A stretch of DNA of 64,000 nt from a virus. The DNA lies in the IMG/VR virus record IMGVR_UViG_3300032331_002826, positions 1 to 64,000 of that record, one strand, 5' to 3'. Numbering within the stretch: position 1 is the first letter of the stretch; the number at the start of each line of letters is the position of its first letter. Positions 18,795 through 29,349 of the stretch are shown one piece after another. The position numbers and the translations under genes are program-made. Under the pieces are notes generated by a model. The model was not told the DNA's origin and did no database searches. It saw nothing but the letters and a program-made list of their open reading frames with translations.

Positions 18795-20687
18795 TTATTC
18801 CAATATGTTGGTTTCATCCATAATGGATTTTTGTTGATTTTCAGAGATTAGTTCTTTCTTTTCCTGCTTGACAGTTTTGAGATACGAGTCCAATTTCATT
18901 AGATCTTTGTCAGGAAGAACAGCTTCAAGACTAAAAGGTGAACCTCCAGCATATGCGTGTGATATAGGATTTGATCTAGATTTACTATTGTTTTCCAAAT
19001 TACCCAAAGGATCTTCTCCAAATGGATAGTTAGATGCTTTTTTCAATCCAACTTGGGACGGTCTTTCATATTCATCTTTCTTTTCCTTCAACGGAGGAGA
19101 TCCTGCATCTGAAGGTTCTTTTCCACCACTTGGTTCTGGTTCTGGTTCACCTCCACCACTTTCCCCTGATTTAGCCGTCGATCCATCCTTATTTACCTTT
19201 TGGAATGATTTTGCTGGATCATTACCTTCTTCTTCAATTTGCTTGAATCGATATGCTTGTTTTGCGTCATCAATAATATCGTTCTTTAGTGCATCAGCAT
19301 CATCTTCCGACATGTTAAATACTTCGTGATATACCCACTTTTTACTGAAAAGTTTGTTTTCGATCATGTCTTTTGCGACACTGACCTTATCAGTCCAAAT
19401 TGCAACTTTTTCCTTTTCATACACAGTAGATGGATTTGTAAGTTCAAGACTAAACTCCACCAGACTTTCATCTCTATATCCTTGTGAATACAAGTGGACG
19501 ATACCAATCTTAGTCAATTCACTGATGATGATTTGTTGAATACGTTGAATGGTACGAGAAAAACGAACGTCCTCTTGAGCCAATGTAGCTTTACCAGATA
19601 GTGATTCATCGTATCCCAAGAATGCCTTTGGAATTTTCAATGCACTCATCATCTTGTTTCTTAGATACTCAATGTCATCGGTTCCTGTGAATTCCATTCC
19701 ACTCAATGTATCAATAGATGTACCACTATCACCACCACGAACGGGCAAGTAAAAGTCTTCAACCATGTTCTGAAGGTTGAATTTAAGATTGTAATCACCC
19801 GTTCTCTCATCAATGTATGGAACCTTCTTCATCTTACTGATGGCTTTTTCCATGTAACTATCGATTTCATTGGGAGGAATATTACCAACGTCAATTTTAA
19901 AGATACGCTTTTCAGGCGCTCTCATAATACGATGGATCAACATTGCGTCTTCCATCAATGAAAGTTGTTTCCAAACACGTCTTGCTCCTTCAAACATACT
20001 CTTACCATATGGCAAGAAGTTGCTGTCGCTCAACAAACGAAAATGTGCAATTTGATAGTTTTCCAAATCTTCCACTTTACCACCGTCTGGCAAATTAACT
20101 TGGAACTTAACATAGTTCTTGTTATATAGATCACTATTTTCAACACGGGTAACGTTATAAGCACTAATTGGTTCCACCATGTAAACACCGTATTCTGGTG
20201 AAATGTACAATCGAAGATAAAAATCACCGTATTTGCACATGTTACGAGTGTAACTCCAAAGGTTAAACTCGATATTCATGATGTCGTAATACAAATTACG
20301 AAGAATCTGTTTGATATTATCATTCGGACTCTTAATGATCAACATGTCACCCAATTCATTACGGGTCAGACATTCATCCGCATAAATGTCTAGAGCAGAA
20401 CTTAGAATTGGATCCATGTCCATAGTATCATAATCTCTAAAGAGTTCGATACGTGCTGCTTGATAACTGAGTGTAAAATCTCTGCTGTATTGATTATATG
20501 CAGATGTACGAATACGATTGAAACGGTCACGAAGAGTGTTTCTATCAGTCGCGTATGCAACCTCATCGGTATCTACAACCTTTAGCTTTTTACCACCAAT
20601 GTTACGAACAATAACGTCTGTGGAAAATAGACGCTTTAGTCTTGCAAATAATGATCTGCTTTTTAAATCTGTAGGTAGTTCTGCCAT
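18795..20687 (-). CDS. gp20: Portal protein (T4 gp20-like)
   Basis: LMEDAMLIHRIMRAPEKRIFKIDVGNIP, MVEDFYLPVRG, GTSIDTLSG, ALKIP. Confidence 0.95.
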   Translation of the reverse strand: MAELPTDLKSRSLFARLKRLFSTDVIVRNIGGKKLKVVDTDEVAYATDRNTLRDRFNRIRTSAYNQYSRDFTLSYQAARIELFRDYDTMDMDPILSSALDIYADECLTRNELGDMLIIKSPNDNIKQILRNLYYDIMNIEFNLWSYTRNMCKYGDFYLRLYISPEYGVYMVEPISAYNVTRVENSDLYNKNYVKFQVNLPDGGKVEDLENYQIAHFRLLSDSNFLPYGKSMFEGARRVWKQLSLMEDAMLIHRIMRAPEKRIFKIDVGNIPPNEIDSYMEKAISKMKKVPYIDERTGDYNLKFNLQNMVEDFYLPVRGGDSGTSIDTLSGMEFTGTDDIEYLRNKMMSALKIPKAFLGYDESLSGKATLAQEDVRFSRTIQRIQQIIISELTKIGIVHLYSQGYRDESLVEFSLELTNPSTVYEKEKVAIWTDKVSVAKDMIENKLFSKKWVYHEVFNMSEDDADALKNDIIDDAKQAYRFKQIEEEGNDPAKSFQKVNKDGSTAKSGESGGGEPEPEPSGGKEPSDAGSPPLKEKKDEYERPSQVGLKKASNYPFGEDPLGNLENNSKSRSNPISHAYAGGSPFSLEAVLPDKDLMKLDSYLKTVKQEKKELISENQQKSIMDETNILE

Positions 20688-20715
20688 ATTTCGTTAAATA
20701 AATAGTGTGTCTTCC

Positions 20716-22320
20716 TTATAATAACCAAGTTAGAGACTCTTTTTGGTCCATTGTCCCTGCAACACCCGTCGGCATCTCCCATGAATGTTTACCCATAGCA
20801 GTCTTTGTTGTATAAACCGGACCGCCATCCGACTTTGATACATTTATGTGTGATAACATACTTTTTGTAAGCTCAGTTGCTTGTGAACGCAACTTCAAAG
20901 CAGTATCTCTAACCCAAAATCCGATTCCCAGCGACATTACCAAGTCGTCGTTATAATTCTTCATTGCCTCAGGTCTACCGTTATTCCAAATAAACGTGTA
21001 AAACTCATCAATAGTTCTAACCGACTGAATATTCACTTCTTTCTCTCTCATGTAACTTTCCAATCGAGAAATGATCAGCTGTCGAGTAAGAGATGTGGTA
21101 GTAAATCCAGGCGTAAGCTTCTTCTCTTGTGCGTTGATTTTGTTGGACATTTGATTTTCAACATCCACATATTTCAAATCAGAACTGCTGTAAAATAGAT
21201 TAGGATATTTACGATCTATGACCTGTTGAATTGCACCCCACCCGACATTCATATTTTCTACCACCAACAACGCAGTATTATATTCAGTAGAAATGTTTAC
21301 CAACAGATTTCCATAGTCCTTTGTAGATATCAGACCCTTGTATTCAGCCACTTGCGTCATGGTATCAATATCCAACACGTGAAATGCGCTAAAGTCTCCA
21401 CCATCACCACGGGCAACGTCCGCACAAACAAGATACGACCGAGTATAATCAGGATACTCCCAAATCCACAGTGACTTGTCTATGCCTCTTGTTTCTACAG
21501 GGTTACGAACTTTGCTGTGTTTATAGAAATCAAGAACCGGAACTTCAATGACCGTATTACCTGATGTAGCAAAGTCACAATCGCATTCTTGTGCTGCCAT
21601 CTTTGGTCCGAGAAGTTTTGTTTGTTCATCTCTCCAAACTTGATCTCGTTCTGGATGAAGAGACCATGGCAATCTAATCGTATGAAATTTGTTCTTTTTA
21701 GCGTCAGCTTCAACCCATGTTCTATGGAAAAAGTTACCCACACCGTTTGGTGTTGATAGAACAATAGCTTTACCTCCCGTTGATAGAGTGGATTGTGCAG
21801 ATGTCCAAATATCATCGATGTTATCAATAAATGCAGCTTCGTCAATAATCAACATTGACAGAGCAGACGAACGACCGGCGGTTCCAGAAGATGAAACTGC
21901 TTTGATTTGAGATCCATTTTTGAGACGAAGACTCAAACGATTATCTTCTACACATTCCACTTTCAACCAACTTGGAAGGTTGTCGTTAGCAAACCTAACA
22001 CGTGTAACAATTTCTTTTGAGGTCTCTTGAGTAATACTAATACACAGAATGTTTTTGTCACTATGGAAAATCATCAACCACAAACTATATGCAGAACTCA
22101 ATGTGGTGATACCCAACTGACGACTTTTCAGAATGATGTTGTAGTCATTGTCGATCAAATCCTGCAAAGCCGATTCCTGAAAAGGATACAGCTCAAACGG
22201 AATCGTACCTCTTTTTGGATGTTGAATTTTGACGTATTTCTTCATGAAATACATCGGATTCTCAAGACACTTTTTGTACTCAGCCTTGATTATATCTCGT
22301 AATGACCTATCATTCGACAT
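20716..22320 (-). CDS. gp17: Terminase large subunit (gp17-like)
   Basis: FELYPFQ Q-motif, KSRQLGIT Walker A, IIDEAAF Walker B, STPNG, DVARGDGGD nuclease motif, DDLVM. Confidence 0.95.
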   Translation of the reverse strand: MSNDRSLRDIIKAEYKKCLENPMYFMKKYVKIQHPKRGTIPFELYPFQESALQDLIDNDYNIILKSRQLGITTLSSAYSLWLMIFHSDKNILCISITQETSKEIVTRVRFANDNLPSWLKVECVEDNRLSLRLKNGSQIKAVSSSGTAGRSSALSMLIIDEAAFIDNIDDIWTSAQSTLSTGGKAIVLSTPNGVGNFFHRTWVEADAKKNKFHTIRLPWSLHPERDQVWRDEQTKLLGPKMAAQECDCDFATSGNTVIEVPVLDFYKHSKVRNPVETRGIDKSLWIWEYPDYTRSYLVCADVARGDGGDFSAFHVLDIDTMTQVAEYKGLISTKDYGNLLVNISTEYNTALLVVENMNVGWGAIQQVIDRKYPNLFYSSSDLKYVDVENQMSNKINAQEKKLTPGFTTTSLTRQLIISRLESYMREKEVNIQSVRTIDEFYTFIWNNGRPEAMKNYNDDLVMSLGIGFWVRDTALKLRSQATELTKSMLSHINVSKSDGGPVYTTKTAMGKHSWEMPTGVAGTMDQKESLTWLL

Positions 22321-22918
22321 GACTCAAACCTTTCAGTGACTTCTCAAGAGTAGCAATACTTTTATTGATTTTCTTCAGATCTTTTTTTAGATCCTTAATG
22401 ATCAAATCACGTCTCTCAATTGTCCACTCATCCGATGTTCCATCTCCGTTTGGAAATGAAATCTTCTTGTTGTTTTCAATAAATGAAATACTTTCATCGA
22501 TCTTGGTTTTCAATTCTCTAGAAATACTCAGTTGATTGCTAAAATACTTCTTTTGTTCATAGTCCTCGAACTTACCTTGAAGTCTGAGTTTCGATTCATA
22601 TTTAGCAACACACTCCTGACATCTGCCTGTCTTATTGAAAAATATCTGATCGTATCTATTACCCCATTTTATTTCCATGGAACAATCTTTACAGACCTGT
22701 TTAGTAGCATCTACAGTTGCTGCATTAACACTGTTGATGGCCTTCTTGAATCCATTTTTCTTGATCCACCTTTTACCGTTTACGTCGGTCCAAATTTCAC
22801 CGTTTTTTCTAGCAGCAACATCCGAATCAGATGTATAACCTACTTGAACAAATGGTCTATTACCATCAAGGTAATCTTTTACGATTGACAAATTACTTTT
22901 TCCAGATGCATGTTTCAT
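22310..22918 (-). CDS. Hypothetical protein with CxxC...CxxC zinc ribbon and coiled coil
   Basis: CKDC...CQEC; overlaps the terminase start. Confidence 0.65.
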   Translation of the reverse strand: MKHASGKSNLSIVKDYLDGNRPFVQVGYTSDSDVAARKNGEIWTDVNGKRWIKKNGFKKAINSVNAATVDATKQVCKDCSMEIKWGNRYDQIFFNKTGRCQECVAKYESKLRLQGKFEDYEQKKYFSNQLSISRELKTKIDESISFIENNKKISFPNGDGTSDEWTIERRDLIIKDLKKDLKKINKSIATLEKSLKGLSHVE

Positions 22919-22983
22919 ATAACTTAACTATTCCTTTATTGTTTCAACGTGTTTTTATATTACCAAATTACAGTGTCAGTATG

Positions 22984-25104
22984 TTATGTTGCCTTGTATG
23001 CGGGAACCTTGTATCCAGCAACGTCTAACCAAGCGTCTGGCGGAGTTGCGCCGGCCACATTAGGAGGTCGAAGAGGAACTCCCGATGTCCAACTTATTGC
23101 GTTTATAGTGACAGTTCCTACAGGAGAAGATTGATCCATAGTAAGAGGATAGTCCGTTCCAGAAATAGTAACTTTTCCGGTTGGAGTAAACGGAGTTATT
23201 GATATTATCCCCGTTGGAGTCACAACATCGGTAGTAACAGGAGTGGTTATACCACCAGATGATACTGTCGCTGTACCAATGCTTGCCCCATCCGGATCAA
23301 AAGCAGCAATGGTAGTAAGATTCGAATACACCAATTTATGATCGATATCAAATAATTCCGATTTGAATTTGAACTGTTGATTTTTCTCAGAAACGGGACA
23401 TGGAATTGTAGAAACAAATATGGATGGAGAAAAAGAAACATCCGTATAATTTTTCAATGTGATCTGTGAAACAGTAGCATTACAATTTTTTGTATAAATC
23501 ACGACCGTTCCAGCAAAATCATTAGCAAATTGACTGTAAAATGAAATGGGATTGTCTACTTGATATAACGATGAAGTACCCGACCCAAGAACTAGTTCTC
23601 CCAACCTTATCCCTTTTTGTGGATCAAAGTCTAAATCCGCAGAGATTTTATCATATTGAGACGATGTAAAGTAAAACCCAATAGACGCATCTTTTGTTAG
23701 ATCGACGGAGTTCTTAGTAACAATAGCTTTGAAAGACAACTCATATGGAATGTTTGCGGAACATGAAATGAAATTACTGTCATACGATTGTGCATCTGTA
23801 GGAAATGTATACGCATGATACTCTCCATTTTTTATATGAAGTGGATCGGTATCAGTATCATTTTTTACTATGACATATCCCTCGTCAGTAGGTCCACCGG
23901 AATTAACAATAGACATACCATCCATCAATTTGGTTCCATCTCTGGATATAGTAATTGATGTAGGTTTAGTAAACCAATAATGATTAACGAATTCATTTGC
24001 AGAATTAAATCCTCTAGGAAAACTTCCCAATGAACTAAAATAAGAATTGGTAGAAACGGTATCTGATAGAATATCGACCGGCGTTACAAGAGCATCCGCA
24101 ATCAATTGATAGTCTCCGGACGAAACCAAACTCTTTCTATATAGTTTGTGTCTATAGACATTTCCGCTAAATGTGTCTATGTTTGAATACGTTACTACCG
24201 CCAAAGATTGTGAATATGACGTAGTAGCAGTAGCATCATAGGGAATATCAGCAACAGTAGCAGAAAAAGTTCCGGCAGTAACATCAGCTATAATCTTTCT
24301 ATTTCTACTGTCATATGTGTATATTGGATATTTCAATCTTACGGTAGTATCGTTTAATACCTCTGAAATGATGTTTTTTGAAGTCATAGAAACTGTTCCG
24401 ACATCATTTAACTGAGTTATTGTTAACACTATTTCAGACTCAACCATAGACGACACATTGAGATTGCCATTGATTCCGCCTGAGTTAATTGTAAGAACGG
24501 CTCTGTAATCAACGTTTTGTTTTGATGGATCAAATTGACCGTAATCGTCGCCTTTTCTTGGAGTGACAGCAAAAGATTTAAAGTCGCCCGATACGGTTTT
24601 TATGATGGTAGCAATTGAAGACTTTGAATTGCCTGCTGGACTCACCAATGAATCAATTTTCAATGTCGGCGGTTTGTAAAACACCACGGATGAATGATTC
24701 TCAAGTGTAGGGTATATCTGAATGTTAGCTGTCCATCTTACTTTTTTTCCTGTAGGGGTAGTACCAACAAGATATAACTTACCTATTCCTTGACGTGTGG
24801 TACTATAAACATGAACTGCAACTCTCAATGCTCCGCCTTCAGTATATGATATACTGTTTGATCGTGCCACCTCTACATACAAAGAATTGTTGCTAGAGTC
24901 AAGAACCTCAATTTGAACGGGTGAATTTATTGATAAGTTTGGAGATCCGTTTATTAGAAACGTGTTTTTTCCACCAGAGAACTTTGGTTCAAATTCAGAC
25001 AACACAAAGTAGTTAGATAGATATCCATTGTCTTCAATGTCTACCGCCAATCTACCCAAATTAAGTACCTGACCCCGTTTTCGTATATTAGAGATTATAG
25101 CCAT
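22984..25104 (-). CDS. Putative virion structural protein (beta-rich)
   Basis: 706 aa, S/T-rich; late-type motif upstream. Confidence 0.55.
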   Translation of the reverse strand: MAIISNIRKRGQVLNLGRLAVDIEDNGYLSNYFVLSEFEPKFSGGKNTFLINGSPNLSINSPVQIEVLDSSNNSLYVEVARSNSISYTEGGALRVAVHVYSTTRQGIGKLYLVGTTPTGKKVRWTANIQIYPTLENHSSVVFYKPPTLKIDSLVSPAGNSKSSIATIIKTVSGDFKSFAVTPRKGDDYGQFDPSKQNVDYRAVLTINSGGINGNLNVSSMVESEIVLTITQLNDVGTVSMTSKNIISEVLNDTTVRLKYPIYTYDSRNRKIIADVTAGTFSATVADIPYDATATTSYSQSLAVVTYSNIDTFSGNVYRHKLYRKSLVSSGDYQLIADALVTPVDILSDTVSTNSYFSSLGSFPRGFNSANEFVNHYWFTKPTSITISRDGTKLMDGMSIVNSGGPTDEGYVIVKNDTDTDPLHIKNGEYHAYTFPTDAQSYDSNFISCSANIPYELSFKAIVTKNSVDLTKDASIGFYFTSSQYDKISADLDFDPQKGIRLGELVLGSGTSSLYQVDNPISFYSQFANDFAGTVVIYTKNCNATVSQITLKNYTDVSFSPSIFVSTIPCPVSEKNQQFKFKSELFDIDHKLVYSNLTTIAAFDPDGASIGTATVSSGGITTPVTTDVVTPTGIISITPFTPTGKVTISGTDYPLTMDQSSPVGTVTINAISWTSGVPLRPPNVAGATPPDAWLDVAGYKVPAYKAT

Positions 25105-25138
25105 ATGTGTACTGACCTAACAGTACATACATATAGAT

Positions 25139-28100
25139 TTATTCGTAATTTATCCTTGAAAACCCTCCATCCTTATGGATTTCGACTCGACTGTCCACCA
25201 TATCTTTCATTGCATCCAAGTGACTGATGATCCAAATAAAGTCAAAATTAGACTTCAAAAAGGAGAACAATACACTCATTACAGCAAGATTATCAGCGTC
25301 AGCACATCCAAATCCTTCGTCGATTGCAATGAAATTTGGACGAGGTAGATTCGATATATTGATTAAAGCCACCCTTATTGCCAAAGAACTCACAAACTGT
25401 TCCAATCCACTTGCCAGTTCGAGTTTCCACTTTTTATCTTCATAGACAATAAAAGTAGATACGTTTTTACCATCAGTTTGAAGTGAAACCGTAAATTCCA
25501 CAATCTGACTTAAAATGGTATTTACCTCTCGTTCAATCTCAGGAATAGCTTTGGATATGATGTTATACTGCAATCCGTCTCTTGATACTGCTTCGGTATA
25601 CATGCTATATGACGCATTTACCTTCTCAATCGTCTTTATCTCCTTGAGTGTGTCTTCGACCTTGCTCTTCTGAAATGTCCATGTATTGACCCGCCCGGAC
25701 ATATCAGCGATGGTCTTATTGCATTGTGTGATCTCAAACTCAAGATTCCTTACTGTTTGCTTGATCTTATCAATCGTGGTTTGAACAACTTTGTTGGTTT
25801 CGATTGCATCTTTTGAATCATAGTAATCTTTGATTTGAGTCTTTATTGTGTCTAGAGCATTTGTTTCTTTTTCAATTTGAGTCTCTCGTTTTGCAACACG
25901 AATGCTTACAGTAGAAATGTTTCCATTCAACTTATCGATGTTAGATACCAAAGTCTTGTATTCCTGATGCAACGTAACATTTGGTTCAAGATCCAAAATT
26001 TGTTTCTTCAATTCGTTTTGTTTGTTAAACAGTGCAGCAACTTCAACTTTATCATTTTGAAGATCCGCTTTGGTATTGATAGCATCTTTTACAAACACAT
26101 TGTTTACACAATACTCGCAGTTAGGATCATACTTGTGGTCCTCAAGTTTCTTCAACTTTTCAAGCTTATTGTTAACCACCATTTTCTTTTTGTCGATATC
26201 ACGTTCAACCAGCAACAACTCTGATTTCAATTTGGTGTAATCATTAACCTTGGATTCCAGATCTTGATCTTTGAACGTCTCCACCTTTTCAACAAGAGGA
26301 ACAGACTGACGTTTTAGATCTTCGATGGTCGTATTATCAGTTTGGTTTTGTAATGTGTAAGTTTTGATGTTTTCTTCAAAAGAAATTCGATTGCGTTCCA
26401 TGGAAGCAATGTCAACCGAAGTATTTGAAATTTTCATCAACTTCTTTGTTTCTTCAATGAGAGAATCGTTGGTATCATTTTTATCCGATGTCAACTTATC
26501 TACATTCTTGGTTGTGACTGCAATCACAGATTCGGCATTAGAAATGTTCTGAGTAAGAGACGCTAGTTCCGATGCGTGGTCAGTCTTCAACAGATTTTTC
26601 AACAACACCGATGTTTCTTTTGTCTTTTCGTTTGCCAGTTCGTGGAGTTTGTCAAATACCGTCAACCCCATAAACTGCGCCAATAGATCCTTACGTTCGG
26701 TCTGACCTAAATTGATGAATGATCCTGTTTTTCCGTTTTGAATACTCAACACGGTCAAAATAAAGTCATCATAAGTTCCGAGATAATCTCTAATAAGGTC
26801 GTTGGTGTTTCTGCGTGCCTCTCCGTTGAGTTCAATAACTTGTCCATTTTCTTCCTTCCAAAACTTAACATCCACTTTTACGTTTCCCTTTTTATCAGCG
26901 GATCCTTTTCGTTCAATGAAATAGTCAATCTTGTTAATTTCAAAATTGAACTTGCATCTAAACGACTGTTTTTGACTATTCATGACCTCCGCTGCTTTGA
27001 AAGTTCGTTCACATTTATCAAATATACAAAATGACAATGCTGACAATACGGTGGATTTTCCACTAGCATTTGGGGCAAACAATCCCATGACTCCTGTCAT
27101 TTTTGAAAAATCAACAACGTTTCCTTCACCATAACTAAACATGTTGTCGAACTCTAATTTCTTAGGCTTCCAACGAATACTCTTGACACTTGAATCTTTT
27201 TCAATTGATGAGTTTAAAGTTTGGTTGATTTTAGATACCGCCTTCAAAACATCTTCCGTAACAGTAGGATGCTTCTCTTTGATGTAGTTGGCGATCAATT
27301 CATTCTGATAATCAACATCCGTTATGCTGTTGATTTTGAAATCAGATGAGTTTACAATAGCATTTTTAGTCGATTTCGGACTATCGACTCGCATATAACT
27401 TACATCAATAACCTCGGTTTGTTTTTTGATTTCGTCTATAATAGATTTTGTGTCAGATGCCAACGTCTCAAAACAACGATATCTAAGACGAGTCTTCTTA
27501 GGTATATCCTTGGTATCCGTTTCCAGAACACCGTTATTGATGTCAATAGTATAAAACCCGTAGTCGTTTGGAACTTCAATATGTTTGTATGCTTTGTTGG
27601 CAAGGTTCCAATAAACAAATCCGTGACCTTTTAGAGTTTCTCCGTGATTCTGTTGAATTAAAGAACCAGAATAAACAATAGCAGGCAAACTTTGAGAATT
27701 GTCATATTGTTGAAGAATCTGATATTTGTGAATATCACCCAACAACGCAATATGATGACCATCAAACAAAGAGTTTGCAATCGCACGATTCGTAATTCTG
27801 AATCCTACGTCTGTTACAGCATCGTTTACACCTCCGTGATACAACGCCACAACATGGTTGGCGTTTCTCACATAGATCTTAGGAATATCTGCAAACTTAA
27901 CATATTTTTCAGGACTGTGTTCGTCAAACACAGAGAACGTGTTAAACAATATATCTCCCAAAATATAGATGCCAGTATCCCGCAAATAAAACAGATTGTC
28001 ATGTTGAAGAGCATTAACGATTGGACTCAAACAATCCATTCGGTTTTTGTTTGCTAGAGTAGCATCATGATTTCCAGCAATCAAAACTGTTGGGCGACGA

Positions 28101-28345
28101 TCTGCCAGATTCTTTAGAAAGTTGGACCCAATTTCCACACATTCGGGGCTAAGATCGCTTTTGTTGTGAAACACATCACCCAATACACAAACCACTGTGG
28201 TTTTGGGTGTTTTATCAACGGCGTCATACAAACGGTTAAACACATCAACATATTCATCGTGACGTTTTGTCAATCGAATATGAATGTCTGCAACATGCAG
28301 AATGTTGGTGAAGTTAGTGACGGAACATTTTAGTTGTGTAGCCAT
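25139..28345 (-). CDS. Fused SbcD/Mre11 nuclease - SbcC/Rad50 ATPase (gp47-gp46 fusion)
   Basis: ADIH, LGDVFH and GNHD phosphoesterase motifs; APNASGKS Walker A; coiled coil with CEYC zinc hook; ASGLE signature; IDEGFG Walker B; ISH H-loop. Confidence 0.92.
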   Translation of the reverse strand: MATQLKCSVTNFTNILHVADIHIRLTKRHDEYVDVFNRLYDAVDKTPKTTVVCVLGDVFHNKSDLSPECVEIGSNFLKNLADRRPTVLIAGNHDATLANKNRMDCLSPIVNALQHDNLFYLRDTGIYILGDILFNTFSVFDEHSPEKYVKFADIPKIYVRNANHVVALYHGGVNDAVTDVGFRITNRAIANSLFDGHHIALLGDIHKYQILQQYDNSQSLPAIVYSGSLIQQNHGETLKGHGFVYWNLANKAYKHIEVPNDYGFYTIDINNGVLETDTKDIPKKTRLRYRCFETLASDTKSIIDEIKKQTEVIDVSYMRVDSPKSTKNAIVNSSDFKINSITDVDYQNELIANYIKEKHPTVTEDVLKAVSKINQTLNSSIEKDSSVKSIRWKPKKLEFDNMFSYGEGNVVDFSKMTGVMGLFAPNASGKSTVLSALSFCIFDKCERTFKAAEVMNSQKQSFRCKFNFEINKIDYFIERKGSADKKGNVKVDVKFWKEENGQVIELNGEARRNTNDLIRDYLGTYDDFILTVLSIQNGKTGSFINLGQTERKDLLAQFMGLTVFDKLHELANEKTKETSVLLKNLLKTDHASELASLTQNISNAESVIAVTTKNVDKLTSDKNDTNDSLIEETKKLMKISNTSVDIASMERNRISFEENIKTYTLQNQTDNTTIEDLKRQSVPLVEKVETFKDQDLESKVNDYTKLKSELLLVERDIDKKKMVVNNKLEKLKKLEDHKYDPNCEYCVNNVFVKDAINTKADLQNDKVEVAALFNKQNELKKQILDLEPNVTLHQEYKTLVSNIDKLNGNISTVSIRVAKRETQIEKETNALDTIKTQIKDYYDSKDAIETNKVVQTTIDKIKQTVRNLEFEITQCNKTIADMSGRVNTWTFQKSKVEDTLKEIKTIEKVNASYSMYTEAVSRDGLQYNIISKAIPEIEREVNTILSQIVEFTVSLQTDGKNVSTFIVYEDKKWKLELASGLEQFVSSLAIRVALINISNLPRPNFIAIDEGFGCADADNLAVMSVLFSFLKSNFDFIWIISHLDAMKDMVDSRVEIHKDGGFSRINYE

Positions 28346-28346
28346 A

Positions 28347-29309
28347 TTATACTGTTAGTTTAAATTTGAATAGTGATTCGAAATCCAACACGTCGGATGA
28401 ATTAATCATATCCCATGTTTTTTCAAATCCAATATCAGATGGATCTTTACCATCTAGTTGTACTAGTTTTGTTTCAATGTGGTTTTTAGCCAAGAATTCA
28501 CAGATTCTAATTGAATCTCTCATAGCATCGTTGTCAAGAACCACATTTACTTTCTTTACTTGATGTGTGATAAAAGCGGATTTTAGTTTATGTGAAAGTG
28601 TTTTTCCAAACAATGGAACCGCATTATTTCGCACTGCGATAGCATCAAATGCACCTTCAACCAATGTGATTGGCTGATTGTAATCTAAGAACATTTCAAA
28701 GCCAATAATGTCTTTCGACACCATCGAATTTACATACTTTATCTTTGCGTTCTCATAAATACTTCTTGTTGAAAAGAAGTTCAAGTTTCCATTTTCGTCG
28801 TATGATGGAACTAGAATTCGATCTTTATATTGACCGGATTCACAATATCCAATGTTGTATCTTAAAATGTCGTATTTTGTTATACCTCGCCGTTTTAGAT
28901 AGTTCAGCGCATGTTTTCCAAACAAGGTTATGTCATCTTCAAAAAACGACCGACATTCACTTGGCAGAAAAAGTTGAGGTTTAGGTTCTTCCGTTTCAAC
29001 GGTAAACAGTTTGACAACCAAATCCAAATCAGGACGAGGAAGTTTTTTTAACGACTGCGTGTTTCTCTGAACTTGTGTTAGAAGTTCCGATGACAATCCG
29101 AGTTTCTTAAATAACGTTTTTAATGACGTGCCAGACAAACCGCATACCCAACAATGATATTTTCCCGTAACGGTATTTATCTCCAACTTGCGTTTGTAAT
29201 GTTTGCAGTTAGGACAATGATAAACAGCATCAGTGCCCTTACGAATACGGGCTGACTGATTCAACGCTTTGTTTAGAATTGTCACCACCTCTGTCTGATA
29301 CAACAACAT
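28347..29309 (-). CDS. DNA primase (DnaG/gp61-like)
   Basis: CPNC...HCWVC zinc domain, YLKRRGI, KYVN, TOPRIM VEGAFDA and LDND. Confidence 0.9.
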   Translation of the reverse strand: MLLYQTEVVTILNKALNQSARIRKGTDAVYHCPNCKHYKRKLEINTVTGKYHCWVCGLSGTSLKTLFKKLGLSSELLTQVQRNTQSLKKLPRPDLDLVVKLFTVETEEPKPQLFLPSECRSFFEDDITLFGKHALNYLKRRGITKYDILRYNIGYCESGQYKDRILVPSYDENGNLNFFSTRSIYENAKIKYVNSMVSKDIIGFEMFLDYNQPITLVEGAFDAIAVRNNAVPLFGKTLSHKLKSAFITHQVKKVNVVLDNDAMRDSIRICEFLAKNHIETKLVQLDGKDPSDIGFEKTWDMINSSDVLDFESLFKFKLTV

Positions 29310-29315
29310 ATCAAC

Positions 29316-29343
29316 AGTGTACCATACATCTCAATGAAATCAA
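29316..29343 (-). promoter_or_regulatory. Sigma70-type promoter TTGATT-N16-TACACT
   Basis: Consensus-like boxes; ATG 6 nt after the -10 box. Confidence 0.55.
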
Positions 29344-29349
29344 CTTTTT

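Noticed and set aside
20716-22320. Intein or intron in terminase, portal or primase
   Set aside because: Lengths are ordinary and motifs contiguous; no Hint or homing-endonuclease motifs seen
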